A stretch of DNA of 32,902 bases from Methanomassiliicoccales archaeon (GCA_028682925.1 JAJRAG010000045.1:1-32902), one strand, 5' to 3'; positions 9,209-17,974 are shown, numbered from the stretch's first letter. The notes: generated from the letters alone by a model not told the origin. Numbers and translations: made by a program.

Positions 9209-11089
9209 CTACTTCGCGGCTGGCAACTTCTTCAGGTCCGCGACGGCGAAATCCAGTCCGAATTTCTTGAGAGTGTCCGCAGTCGGTATCCCGTTCGGCC
9301 ATCCCCTTTCCTGGTAGTACTCCTTGAGCATCTTCTCTATGGGGGGCACTTTGCCTGCGGCGCCGCCTTCCTTGAGCGGTACGAGCATTCTCGGCGGGAG
9401 CAGATCGTTCTTCTTCGGGATCAGACCGTGCTTCAGGTTGAACATTCTGCACAGCTGGTTAATCCTGCCTCCGACCTTTATGAACAGCTCCTTGGTGTCG
9501 GTGTCCCAACCAGTGATCGCGTTGATCATGTCCGCCTTCATCTTGTGCGTGTAGCCTGCGAAGTCATAGAACAGACAGTAGCTCAACGCGTTGTCGAACT
9601 GGCAGATGTCCTGCCACGCCAAAGCGGCCTTTCCCTTCAGCTTGTCATCGAACCTATCCATTCCAGGCAGGTCGTACTCTGCAACAGGAATCCCGAGCTC
9701 AGAGCCCTCGGGGAATCCCGTCACATGGCATGGTCCGCGAGGTCCGGTCACGTAGTTTACCGCCATCGAGAAGAACGCACGCGGATCGTGAGCCGGTATT
9801 ACGGCATTGTTCACCTGAACAGCGATCTCAGGGCATCCGAGCTTCTCGCTCGCGACACGCAATCCCTCACCCAGCAGTTTGCCCATCGCGTTCGATCTGA
9901 ACGTTATCAGCTTCAGGAGCTTGCACATCGCAACTCCGTCTCCCCACTTCAGCTCGAACCCGAGGTCCTTCTTCTTGATGAACCCCTTCTCGTATGCTTC
10001 CATGGCAAACCCGAGGACACCGCCGAAATCGATGGTGTCGATGCTCCACATGTTGCAGAGGTGGTTGGCGTAATTGATCGCCTTCAGGTCGTCGATAAGG
10101 CAGTTGCTGCCCATCATTCCCAAGGTCTCATACTCTGGACCGTAGCCGTCCATGTCGCACTTCTTTCCTTCTTTTACCGTCACGCGCCTGTGGCATCCCA
10201 TGACGCAATTCGAGCAAGCATCAGGCCTGGGCTTCAACACCGGGTTAAAATCACCGCCAGCGGACCCGATCTTCTTCGCACCTTCTGGCCATGATCCCAG
10301 AGCGAAGTTCTTCATCGGGAGCAGGCTCAGCTGTTCACGAGGGATAATAGCCATAGCCTGTCCTTCTTCGCGGTTTGATTTCGCGAAACCGTTGTCCTTT
10401 ACGATTCCGGCGAATTCCTTCTTGAGCGCCTTCAACTTCTCTGGGTCCTTGATCGGATTGTGCTTGTCTCCCTTGAGCACGATCGCCTTCAGTTTCTTCG
10501 AGCCCATCACGGCGCCGCCGCCCATTCGGCCAGCGTTACCGTGGCCGTCGATGATCGTAAGGGCAGCATATCTGACCAGGTTCTCAGCGCCTTGTCCGAT
10601 AGGAACAACGACCGCGTCCTTGTCCCCTACTTCCTTCCAGAGCGCTTCCTGAGTCTCATGGATGTCCTTTCCCCACAGGCCAGATGCATCCTTCAGCTCG
10701 ACCTTGCCGTTCATGACTTTGAGATAGACGGGCTTCTTCGCCGCACCCTTGACCACTATCGCATCGTACCCAGTGCGCTTCAGTTCCTCAGCGAGATAGC
10801 CTCCACCGGTCGACTGACCCCAGAATCCGGTCAGAGGGGATTTGAAATTTATCGTAAACCGCCCTGAACCCAGTATTCCGGTGTATCCCTGGATAGGTCC
10901 CACTGATAGAACGAAGACGTTGTCGGGGCCCAATGGATCCGCGCCAGCAGGTATCTCGTCGTAACAGATCTTAACGCCGAAGCCGACTCCTCCCAGCCAA
11001 TCTCGGGCAAACTTCTCATCGAATTCCTGAGTGGATATCTTCCCGGTAGTCAGGTCCACTCGTAGTATCTTTCCCCAGTATCCATACAT
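9209..11089 (-). CDS. aor: Aldehyde:ferredoxin oxidoreductase family (tungstopterin, [4Fe-4S])
   Basis: MYGYWGKILRVDL, KSPLTG, GRMGGGAVMGSKKLKAI, CSNCVMGC, GPEYET, HDPR, RGPCH, YYQERGW..GIP. Confidence 0.95.
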   Translation of the reverse strand: MYGYWGKILRVDLTTGKISTQEFDEKFARDWLGGVGFGVKICYDEIPAGADPLGPDNVFVLSVGPIQGYTGILGSGRFTINFKSPLTGFWGQSTGGGYLAEELKRTGYDAIVVKGAAKKPVYLKVMNGKVELKDASGLWGKDIHETQEALWKEVGDKDAVVVPIGQGAENLVRYAALTIIDGHGNAGRMGGGAVMGSKKLKAIVLKGDKHNPIKDPEKLKALKKEFAGIVKDNGFAKSNREEGQAMAIIPREQLSLLPMKNFALGSWPEGAKKIGSAGGDFNPVLKPRPDACSNCVMGCHRRVTVKEGKKCDMDGYGPEYETLGMMGSNCLIDDLKAINYANHLCNMWSIDTIDFGGVLGFAMEAYEKGFIKKKDLGFELKWGDGVAMCKLLKLITFRSNAMGKLLGEGLRVASEKLGCPEIAVQVNNAVIPAHDPRAFFSMAVNYVTGPRGPCHVTGFPEGSELGIPVAEYDLPGMDRFDDKLKGKAALAWQDICQFDNALSYCLFYDFAGYTHKMKADMINAITGWDTDTKELFIKVGGRINQLCRMFNLKHGLIPKKNDLLPPRMLVPLKEGGAAGKVPPIEKMLKEYYQERGWPNGIPTADTLKKFGLDFAVADLKKLPAAK

Positions 11090-11263
11090 TTCCCGATTTC
11101 CTCCATTCCCTTGACAGTCTGTGCCTCACACGACCATCTGATAGACGGTCTAGCACCTTAGAGAAGAGGAACTCTGTACGTGTTTCACGTTTTCTAGGTC
11201 GATTCGATTGCTGCCAGTCTCTCTCAAATAGGTAGGTGCTCACGTCCGACGAGGCACGCCGCC
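11090..11263 (-). ncRNA. Candidate structured cis-regulatory 5' leader (riboswitch-like) of aor
   Basis: Nested helices on the minus strand: GUGCCUCGU/GUGAGGCAC, AGCACCU/AGGUGCU, GAGAGAGACU/AGUUCCUCUUCUC, and hairpins ACGUG-AAA-CACGU and GACCGUCU-AUC-AGAUGGUC. Wobble positions are G-U on this strand. Ends just before the GGAGG RBS. Confidence 0.55.
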
Positions 11264-11267
11264 CTTA

Positions 11268-11303
11268 TAAGGCTAAACCTGTTCGATAGCCTTAAGAATT
11301 TCG
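11268..11303. promoter_or_regulatory. Perfect 8-bp inverted repeat overlapping the putative aor BRE/TATA
   Basis: TAAGGCTA(11268-11275)-N11-TAGCCTTA(11287-11294); minus-strand CGAAA-TTCTTAAG at 11303-11291. Confidence 0.55.
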
Positions 11304-11376
11304 TTATGCTGGGGAAAGCATTTCGTTCATTGTTGTCAATAGCAATATATGGCCCCTGCTCACTGAAGGAATAAGC

Positions 11377-11883
11377 ATGGAAGAGAAACTACTTTCTGTT
11401 CTCGCGGCGGCAATCGAGGTCGAGAAGTTCGGTTATGACCTGTACATTAGCATGAACGAGTGCGTTGGAGACAAGAAGGGAGCCGCTTTGCTGAGAGGGC
11501 TGGCAAGAGACGAGAGGGAGCATCGAAGAATACTTGAGAAGGAGATCGTGAGAATCGCGCCCTCGGTGGAACCTTCTTCCATCAAACCCGTCAAGGACTT
11601 CCTGATGATCATTCCAGAACACGTGTTTCCTGCGACCATCAGCGCTCGATGTGCAACGCTGGAGGGAGAGATCGAGGCGGTCGAGCTCGCAATCAAGGTC
11701 GAGGACAGCTCAATCAAGATGTACGACGAGGCTGTAAATTTGATCGAGGATGATAAAGCGAAGGATGTACTGAAAGGGCTGGCAAAATGGGAGAGTGGAC
11801 ATAAGGAGGCTCTGGAACAGAACCTTCACATGCTCAGGACGGAGGGGTCGTGGTATGGATACTCCCCGATACTCGAGGGTTGA
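11377..11883 (+). CDS. Ferritin-like (rubrerythrin-type diiron) protein
   Basis: Two repeats of E..Y / ExxH: AIEVEKFGYDLY..DEREH and AIKVEDSSIKMY..WESGH. Confidence 0.88.
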   Translation: MEEKLLSVLAAAIEVEKFGYDLYISMNECVGDKKGAALLRGLARDEREHRRILEKEIVRIAPSVEPSSIKPVKDFLMIIPEHVFPATISARCATLEGEIEAVELAIKVEDSSIKMYDEAVNLIEDDKAKDVLKGLAKWESGHKEALEQNLHMLRTEGSWYGYSPILEG

Positions 11884-12059
11884 TCGACAAGCAGTCAGTC
11901 TGAGCTGGCCGGTCTCGTTTTGGATCCGTTCCCTTTCACCACGGAGCTGGCATTTTAAGTACCAAAACATAAATATCCGATTTCCTTCCTTTACCCCAAC
12001 CTGACCCATCAGATGGGGCAGATAATCGCTGGCTCGAATCCGGACAATAAGGTGAACGA

Positions 12060-13229
12060 ATGGTCAAGATGCCCGATATAAAAAGAGAAATGCTTGCCTG
12101 CCTGCAATGCGGCTATTGCATTCGAGTCTGCGACACCTGGGGGCAGACGCCGTGGGAGTCCGTCACGCCTAGAGGCAAGATCTTCTATCTCAACCAGCTC
12201 ATGAAGAAATCGCCAGTGGATACGCTTCTCGGACGCAAGGTCGAGGTCGACGAGGAGTTCGTCAAGGCCGTGTATATGTGCACTGGCTGTGCGTCTTGCT
12301 GGACGGTCTGTCATGCGAACATCGAGTTCGCTGAGTTCTGGGAGAAGGTGCGAGAGTGGTTGGTGGATCAAGGAGCTGGACCGTTGCCCGCGCACAGCAA
12401 GTTCCACGAACGCATCGAGACGAAGAGGAATCCGTACGGGGAGCCTGTCGACAAGCGCGCGGCTTGGTTCCCTCCGGATGTTCCAAGACACTCGAACCCG
12501 GACGTGGTCTTCTTCGCCGGATGCACCGCCTCATATCGTGTTCAGAACATCGCAAAGGCAGGAGTGACCGTTCTTCATCGAGGAAACGTCAAGTTGGACG
12601 TGCTGGGAGAAGACGAATGGTGCTGCACATCACCGGTCCTGAGAACCGGCATGAACGATCTGACACATAGCTTCGCGGAGCACACCATAACGGAGACGGA
12701 AAGAAGAGGAGCAAAGGCGATGGTTATGACCTGTGCGGGTTGCTACAAGACGACGATGAAGGACTACGGAAGGTTCTATTCGAACCCAACATTTGAGGTC
12801 TATCATTTCTCTCAATACATGCAGAAGCTCCTTAAGGAAAAGAAGTTGAAGTTCACGAAGGAAATCAGGGCCAAGGTGACGTACCACGACCCATGTCATC
12901 TGGGCAGACACGCGGGCGTTTTCGAGCCTCCAAGGGAGGTCTTGAAGGCCATACCTGGTCTTGAGCTGATCGAGATGCCTCGAAACCGTATGAGCTCCAG
13001 ATGTTGCGGGGCGGGCGGAGGATACAAGTCCGCGTTCAACGATTTCGCTGTGAACATAGCGGCGGAAAGGGTAAAAGAGGCATTGGACACTGGAGCGGAG
13101 ATCATAGCGACCGCGTGTCCGTTCTGCGTTCTCAACCTAGATCAGGGAGCAAAGAAGCTGGAGTCGAACATCATTGTCAAAGATATTTCCGAGCTGCTGC
13201 TCGAGGCGACTGAGCCGATACAGAAGTAG
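12060..13229 (+). CDS. HdrD/GlpC-like Fe-S oxidoreductase (2x[4Fe-4S] plus two CCG domains)
   Basis: CLQCGYCIRVC, CTGCASCWTVC, FAGC..WCCTS..CAGC, YHDPCHLGR..RCCGAGGG..CPFC; AGGTGA RBS. Confidence 0.92.
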   Translation: MVKMPDIKREMLACLQCGYCIRVCDTWGQTPWESVTPRGKIFYLNQLMKKSPVDTLLGRKVEVDEEFVKAVYMCTGCASCWTVCHANIEFAEFWEKVREWLVDQGAGPLPAHSKFHERIETKRNPYGEPVDKRAAWFPPDVPRHSNPDVVFFAGCTASYRVQNIAKAGVTVLHRGNVKLDVLGEDEWCCTSPVLRTGMNDLTHSFAEHTITETERRGAKAMVMTCAGCYKTTMKDYGRFYSNPTFEVYHFSQYMQKLLKEKKLKFTKEIRAKVTYHDPCHLGRHAGVFEPPREVLKAIPGLELIEMPRNRMSSRCCGAGGGYKSAFNDFAVNIAAERVKEALDTGAEIIATACPFCVLNLDQGAKKLESNIIVKDISELLLEATEPIQK

Positions 13230-13289
13230 AGGATCAACGCGGCGTATCTTATTGTGTTCATTTCAACTCGAGATTCGCCTTCAAACAAA

Positions 13290-13423
13290 TGGGGGCAAAC
13301 TCCGAAGACATGCTCGTGAACAAATCCAGCCCCCGTATGGATGTCAGCCAGGAGTTGCCCCCAAGAGACAGAGAAGATGTGTTTCAAGAAGCCGTCTGTT
13401 GGAATGATGGTCTTCTCCCGTCT
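13290..13423. other. Two long adjacent hairpins between convergent genes
   Basis: TGGGGGCAAACTCC(13290-13303)/GGAGTTGCCCCCA(13351-13363) with inner GACAT/ATGTC; GAGAAGAT(13371-13378)/GTCTTCTC(13410-13417) with inner TTTCAA/TTGGAA. Confidence 0.55.
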
Positions 13424-13437
13424 AGGCCCGGGCATGA

Positions 13438-14100
13438 CTAACTGTACCGACCGCAACTGTAGCAAAACCATGCGTTGTAGTCAGGTAGATAGGTCAGGAC
13501 CTGTCCGCAAGTCGGGCAATGCTTCACCACGTCGATCTTCATGATCGACGCATGTGTCACCACAGGCATCTTCTTCTTGCTCTCGATGTCATAGTACTGG
13601 ACCACCGTGCCCGCACCAGCGATCACGAGGAAGATCGGCACTAAGAGATACGCCGATGTATCGAGGAGATCTAGACCCCAGACTACCATCGATGCGCCGA
13701 TGAGAGCCGTGAACAAAGCAATTATCCTTTCAAAGCCTAGAAAGACTATCACGAAGACAGCTCCGGCTACAAGTAAGGATATCACCGTGCCAGCTCCGAG
13801 TCGATAGAGTAGTGTGAATGCTGCAGCAGCGATGACGAGGGACACTCCAGTTGACACCAGTCGATAGAAGACTGCCCCAAGGAGGACCGCCCCGATTACC
13901 CCCAGTAGGAAAGCAGCCAGCTCTCCACTGAAGACCATTCCTAGGGTATAGCCGAGAACGAACCCAAGGAAGGCACCTATTATGCCCATCAACCCCTTCC
14001 AAATCCTATGTCCTGCAAATGCAAGAGCGAGGCCGAAGACCAGCAACAGTGCGACTACGACAATCTCGATCTCGCCTGGCACCAGAAGAATGGGCTCCAT
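13438..14100 (-). CDS. Gly-rich multi-TM membrane protein (TMEM198/DUF4203-like) with C-terminal zinc ribbon
   Basis: About 7 hydrophobic Gly-rich helices, AFAGHRIWK, TALIGA; tail CPTCG..WFCYSC. Confidence 0.8.
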   Translation of the reverse strand: MEPILLVPGEIEIVVVALLLVFGLALAFAGHRIWKGLMGIIGAFLGFVLGYTLGMVFSGELAAFLLGVIGAVLLGAVFYRLVSTGVSLVIAAAAFTLLYRLGAGTVISLLVAGAVFVIVFLGFERIIALFTALIGASMVVWGLDLLDTSAYLLVPIFLVIAGAGTVVQYYDIESKKKMPVVTHASIMKIDVVKHCPTCGQVLTYLPDYNAWFCYSCGRYS

Positions 14101-14259
14101 GTTCCCCCTAGCAGTTAATCGACCTAGTATGCCGATATCCTCTTCATCAATGTTTCTATTTCAGAGTGTCTGGAACGTCTGTCCGAATATCTCACTCGAT
14201 AATGTCTTGCGCGATAGGTTGATATACTCGCAGTCAATCGTTGCAGGTTGCTGCTGGCC

Positions 14260-17001
14260 ATGGTATTTGAACTACTTGATAAAAGGATTCGACGGGTACT
14301 TGCGGAGAAGAAGATTAGCGAGCCGACCGGACCTCAAGTCGACGCGATCCCCCGAATACTCGATGGAGACCACCTCTTGCTCGTTGCTCCGACTGGGATC
14401 GGCAAGACAGAAGCGGCCATGCTTCCAATACTCCATAGTCTCCTCGAGACGGAAGGGAAGGGTATCAAGTGCCTTTACATTACGCCGCTGAGAGCGCTGA
14501 ACAGGGACATGCTCAGAAGACTCGAGGAGTTCGGCGAAGCTCTGGGAATTGGAGTGGCGGTCAGGCACGGGGACACCTCTCAAAGCGAGAGGAACAGACA
14601 ATCGAAGACCGCTCCAGACGTTCTCATAACGACCCCCGAGACGCTCCAGATAATGTTCACCGGCAAGATACTAAGGGAACACCTCTCAAGGATACGCTGG
14701 GTCGTGGTGGACGAAATCCACGAGCTGGCGAACGACGAAAGGGGCGCCCAGCTAGCTGTCGCTCTCGAACGATTGGCGCGTCTCGCAGGAGAATTCCAGA
14801 GGATAGGATTGTCGGCGACGGTAGGAACAGTGCAGGAGGTCGCCAATTTTCTTGGGGGAGTCGGCAGGAGCGTGCGCATCGTACGGACCGAAGTGACCAA
14901 AGAGATGGACGTGACCGTCGAGTGCCCTGACGTAAACGATCAGGACCGAGATCTGGCGGGACCGCTTCAGAGCGATCCCCAGCTCGTAGCCTGCATGCGA
15001 AGGGCAAGGGATATCATCGAATCACACAGATCTACGCTTCTTTTCGTGAACACTCGCGACACCGCCGAGGCGCTCGCTGCGAGGTATCACGTATGGGACG
15101 AGGGATTCAAGATTGGCGTGCACCACGGTTCCCTCTCAAAGGAAATAAGGGTGGAGATGGAGGAAGGGTTCAAGAAAGAGGAGTTGAAGGGGCTTATTTG
15201 CACCTCATCGCTTGAGCTGGGGATAGACATTGGCACGGCAGATTTCGCGATTCAGTACAATTCGCCGAGACAGGTCACCCGCCTGATCCAGAGGATCGGA
15301 AGAGCTGGACACAGGGTGGGGGAGATATCGACAGGGGTCATCATTGCCAGCAATCCGGACGAAATCGCGGAGAGCATGATTATCAGTAGAAGGGCTATGA
15401 ATGGTGAACTGGAGGAGCTGAAGGTCAGAGAGAGCCCGTTCACCGTGCTGGCGAATCAACTCGTTGCCATGGCGATGAGCGGCGCGGTCGGGATAGATAG
15501 TGCCTATGAAACGGTCGTTAGATCTCATCCGTATCGCAACCTTTCGAAGATCGACTTCAATTCAGTCCTTGACCAGCTGGGCAAGATAGGGCTCCTTTTC
15601 GTGGGTAATGATGAGTTCAGACGTTCGAACAGAGGCATGAGGTATTTTTATGATAACGTCTCAATGATTCCGGATGAGAAGACCTATCGGATCAGAGACA
15701 TAAGCGGCAGGAATGTGGTAGGCTCTTTGGATGAGAGCTTCGTCGTGGCTTTTGCAGAGCCGTACGCGACGTTCATCACCCACGGCAAGACCTGGAGGAT
15801 AGTGGAAATGAGGGAGGACGAAATCCTGGTCGAGCAGGTCAAGGAGCTTGGATCGATCCCATCGTGGGTCGGAGAGGAGATCCCGGTCCCGTTCGAAGTG
15901 GCCCAGGAAGTGGGTCAAATGAGAAGGCTCGGGAACATCGAGGACTACTCAGGTGATCATGACGCAGTCGAGAAGCTCCGAGAGTATCTCAAGAGACAAG
16001 AGGACGGCTTTCCCGTGCCTTCAGATGACCTGATCACGCTCGAGGTCGGAAAGAGACTCCTGATACTGAACGCGTGCTTCGGGACGAGGGTCAACGAGAC
16101 CATTTCAAAGATCCTCTCGGTTCTTCTGACCGCCAGACTCGGCGAGAGCGTCATGGTGCACACGGATCCTTACAGGATCGCGATTGAGTTGCCAAGGGAT
16201 CTTAAACCCTCTCTGGTCATCGAGACCTTGAAGTCGATAAAGCCGGATGGGGTGGAAGGTCTTGTCCGCATGGTCATGAAGAGCTCCAGCTTCCTGAAGT
16301 GGCGCTTCATTTACGTTGCCAAGAAGTTCGGAGTCGTAGAGAAGGGGGCGGACTACAGAACGGTCAGCTTCAATCGACTGGCAGAGGTGTTCGAAGGGAC
16401 GCCGCTCTTCGAGGAGGCAGTAAGGAAAGTGCTCTGGGAGGACCTCGATCTAGAGAAGACGACCGAGGTGATCCGACGCGTCGAGTCGGGCCAGATTCGA
16501 TTCGAGACCTGTTCCCTCTCCCCTATAGGAAAGGCGGGTTTGGAGCATTCAAAGGAACTTATAGCCCCCCAGCGCGCCGACCACTCCATCCTTGTAGCGC
16601 TGGGCAAGAGACTAGAGGATGAAATCCTCTACATGACCTGCATGAATTGCACCGACCAATGGCGCATGAGACCAAGGGACGCTCCGAAGAGAATACTCTG
16701 CCCCCGGTGCGGGGGCTTGATGGTCGCTGTCCTGCACCCATACAACAAGGAACTGGTGAAGCTGCTGAAGAAACGCAATCTGAACGAGGAGGAGAGGAAA
16801 GAGATACAGAGAATTCTAAAGAGCGCGAATCTTGTCCTTGAGCATGGCAGGAAGGCGCTCGTCGCTCTCTCTGGCAGGGGAGTCGGTCCGGATACGGCGG
16901 CGAGAATTCTGTCAGGATTCTACGACAACGAGGACGAGTTCCTCAGAGACATTCTCAGTGCAGAGATGAACTACGCAAGGACGAAGAGATTCTGGGACTA
17001 G
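14260..17001 (+). CDS. lhr: Lhr-family ATP-dependent DEAD/H helicase
   Basis: APTGIGKT, YITPLRALNRD, TTPETL, DEIH, LSAT, HHGSLS, SSLELGID, QRIGRAGH; C-terminal CxxC...CxxC. Start at ATG 14260. Confidence 0.95.
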   Translation: MVFELLDKRIRRVLAEKKISEPTGPQVDAIPRILDGDHLLLVAPTGIGKTEAAMLPILHSLLETEGKGIKCLYITPLRALNRDMLRRLEEFGEALGIGVAVRHGDTSQSERNRQSKTAPDVLITTPETLQIMFTGKILREHLSRIRWVVVDEIHELANDERGAQLAVALERLARLAGEFQRIGLSATVGTVQEVANFLGGVGRSVRIVRTEVTKEMDVTVECPDVNDQDRDLAGPLQSDPQLVACMRRARDIIESHRSTLLFVNTRDTAEALAARYHVWDEGFKIGVHHGSLSKEIRVEMEEGFKKEELKGLICTSSLELGIDIGTADFAIQYNSPRQVTRLIQRIGRAGHRVGEISTGVIIASNPDEIAESMIISRRAMNGELEELKVRESPFTVLANQLVAMAMSGAVGIDSAYETVVRSHPYRNLSKIDFNSVLDQLGKIGLLFVGNDEFRRSNRGMRYFYDNVSMIPDEKTYRIRDISGRNVVGSLDESFVVAFAEPYATFITHGKTWRIVEMREDEILVEQVKELGSIPSWVGEEIPVPFEVAQEVGQMRRLGNIEDYSGDHDAVEKLREYLKRQEDGFPVPSDDLITLEVGKRLLILNACFGTRVNETISKILSVLLTARLGESVMVHTDPYRIAIELPRDLKPSLVIETLKSIKPDGVEGLVRMVMKSSSFLKWRFIYVAKKFGVVEKGADYRTVSFNRLAEVFEGTPLFEEAVRKVLWEDLDLEKTTEVIRRVESGQIRFETCSLSPIGKAGLEHSKELIAPQRADHSILVALGKRLEDEILYMTCMNCTDQWRMRPRDAPKRILCPRCGGLMVAVLHPYNKELVKLLKKRNLNEEERKEIQRILKSANLVLEHGRKALVALSGRGVGPDTAARILSGFYDNEDEFLRDILSAEMNYARTKRFWD

Positions 17002-17624
17002 AGAGATTGAACCGGATTCGCAAGTCTGCCGACTTTCGGGATCACGACCTCAATCAAATCTCCCGGCTGGATCGGCCCGACCCCTTCAGGCGTGCCGGTC
17101 GCGATGATGTCTCCTTCCTCGAGCTTCATCCATCGCGAAATGTACGCCACCAGTTCGGCAACGCTGAAGATCATCTCGGAAGTGCTTCCTCGCTGTCTTA
17201 TGACCCCATTCACCCTAAGTTCGATATCGAGATCCTGCAGATCCTCGACATTTTCAACAGGACATGAATCTGAGATGGGTGAGAAGGTGTCGATTCCTTT
17301 GCTAATTGTCCATGGCAACCCCTTCTTCTTGGCGGTGGCCTGAAGATCGCGCGCGGTCACATCGTTGAAGACCGCTACTTGAGCTATGCAATCCAAAGCG
17401 TCCTCGACCGGCACGTTCTTGCCGCGGTTTCCGATTATCACCGCGAGCTCGGCCTCGTGATCAATCCTTCCTATGCCACGAGGCAGGAGTATCGAATCGC
17501 CGTCACCGATCAGAGAACTCGGAGGTTTCAGGAAAAGAACTGGCTCCATCGGATCTTCTGACTTCATCTCTGCGATGTGGCCGTGATAGTTGCGCCCAAC
17601 ACATACTATTTTCCTACAGAGCAC
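16998..17624 (-). CDS. Fumarylacetoacetate hydrolase family protein
   Basis: KIVCVGRNY..H, FLKPPSS, HEAELAV, NDVTARD, KGIDTF, GDIIATGTPEGVG. Confidence 0.95.
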   Translation of the reverse strand: MLCRKIVCVGRNYHGHIAEMKSEDPMEPVLFLKPPSSLIGDGDSILLPRGIGRIDHEAELAVIIGNRGKNVPVEDALDCIAQVAVFNDVTARDLQATAKKKGLPWTISKGIDTFSPISDSCPVENVEDLQDLDIELRVNGVIRQRGSTSEMIFSVAELVAYISRWMKLEEGDIIATGTPEGVGPIQPGDLIEVVIPKVGRLANPVQSL

Positions 17625-17651
17625 GGGGTTCCACCCTCTCTGAACAACTCA

Positions 17652-17888
17652 TCACTGGATCTCGTCGCTTACTGTCTCAAGCTTGAACAGCACGCCCATG
17701 CCCCTCAAGGTGGTGTGGACCTTATCGGCGAGAAAGACCGCGTCCTCAACGGTGGCCTTGCTGGGCCAGCGATACAGACAATCATAACTACCTGTCGTCG
17801 TCTCGAAGCCTAGGTTGTGGAGCGCGCTAAGCACCTCGGACGGCCTCTTCCCCTCGGTGCTGAAGCTCACGGTCAGATAGGTGATCAT
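17652..17888 (-). CDS. Small hypothetical protein (78 aa)
   Basis: Protein-like alternating beta/alpha pattern, co-oriented between rlmE and the FAH gene; no function recognised. Confidence 0.75.
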   Translation of the reverse strand: MITYLTVSFSTEGKRPSEVLSALHNLGFETTTGSYDCLYRWPSKATVEDAVFLADKVHTTLRGMGVLFKLETVSDEIQ

Positions 17889-17974
17889 CGCCCCTGCATC
17901 GCCTCTCTTGTCTTAAAAACTGTCGGTGAAGAGCAATGAATATGCACGAACATGAAGCTCGACAAGACCAGGGG

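Noticed and set aside
9428..10294. 288-aa plus-strand ORF and similar long antisense ORFs across the window
   Set aside because: Antisense shadows of well-supported genes with biased codon usage.
11016..11243. 75-aa minus-strand ORF over the aor leader, as a possible leader peptide
   Set aside because: No RBS, no recognisable motifs, and it overlaps aor out of frame; the RNA pairing pattern explains the region better.
11090..11263. Assignment of the aor leader to the Moco/Wco, cobalamin or lysine riboswitch classes
   Set aside because: The conserved nucleotides I recall for these classes are not evident by eye; a covariance-model search is needed.
13227..13320. Pyrrolysine read-through of the HdrD-like TAG with a downstream PYLIS-like hairpin
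   Set aside because: The protein is already complete at the TAG, the extension has no recognisable features, and the hairpin starts about 60 nt away.
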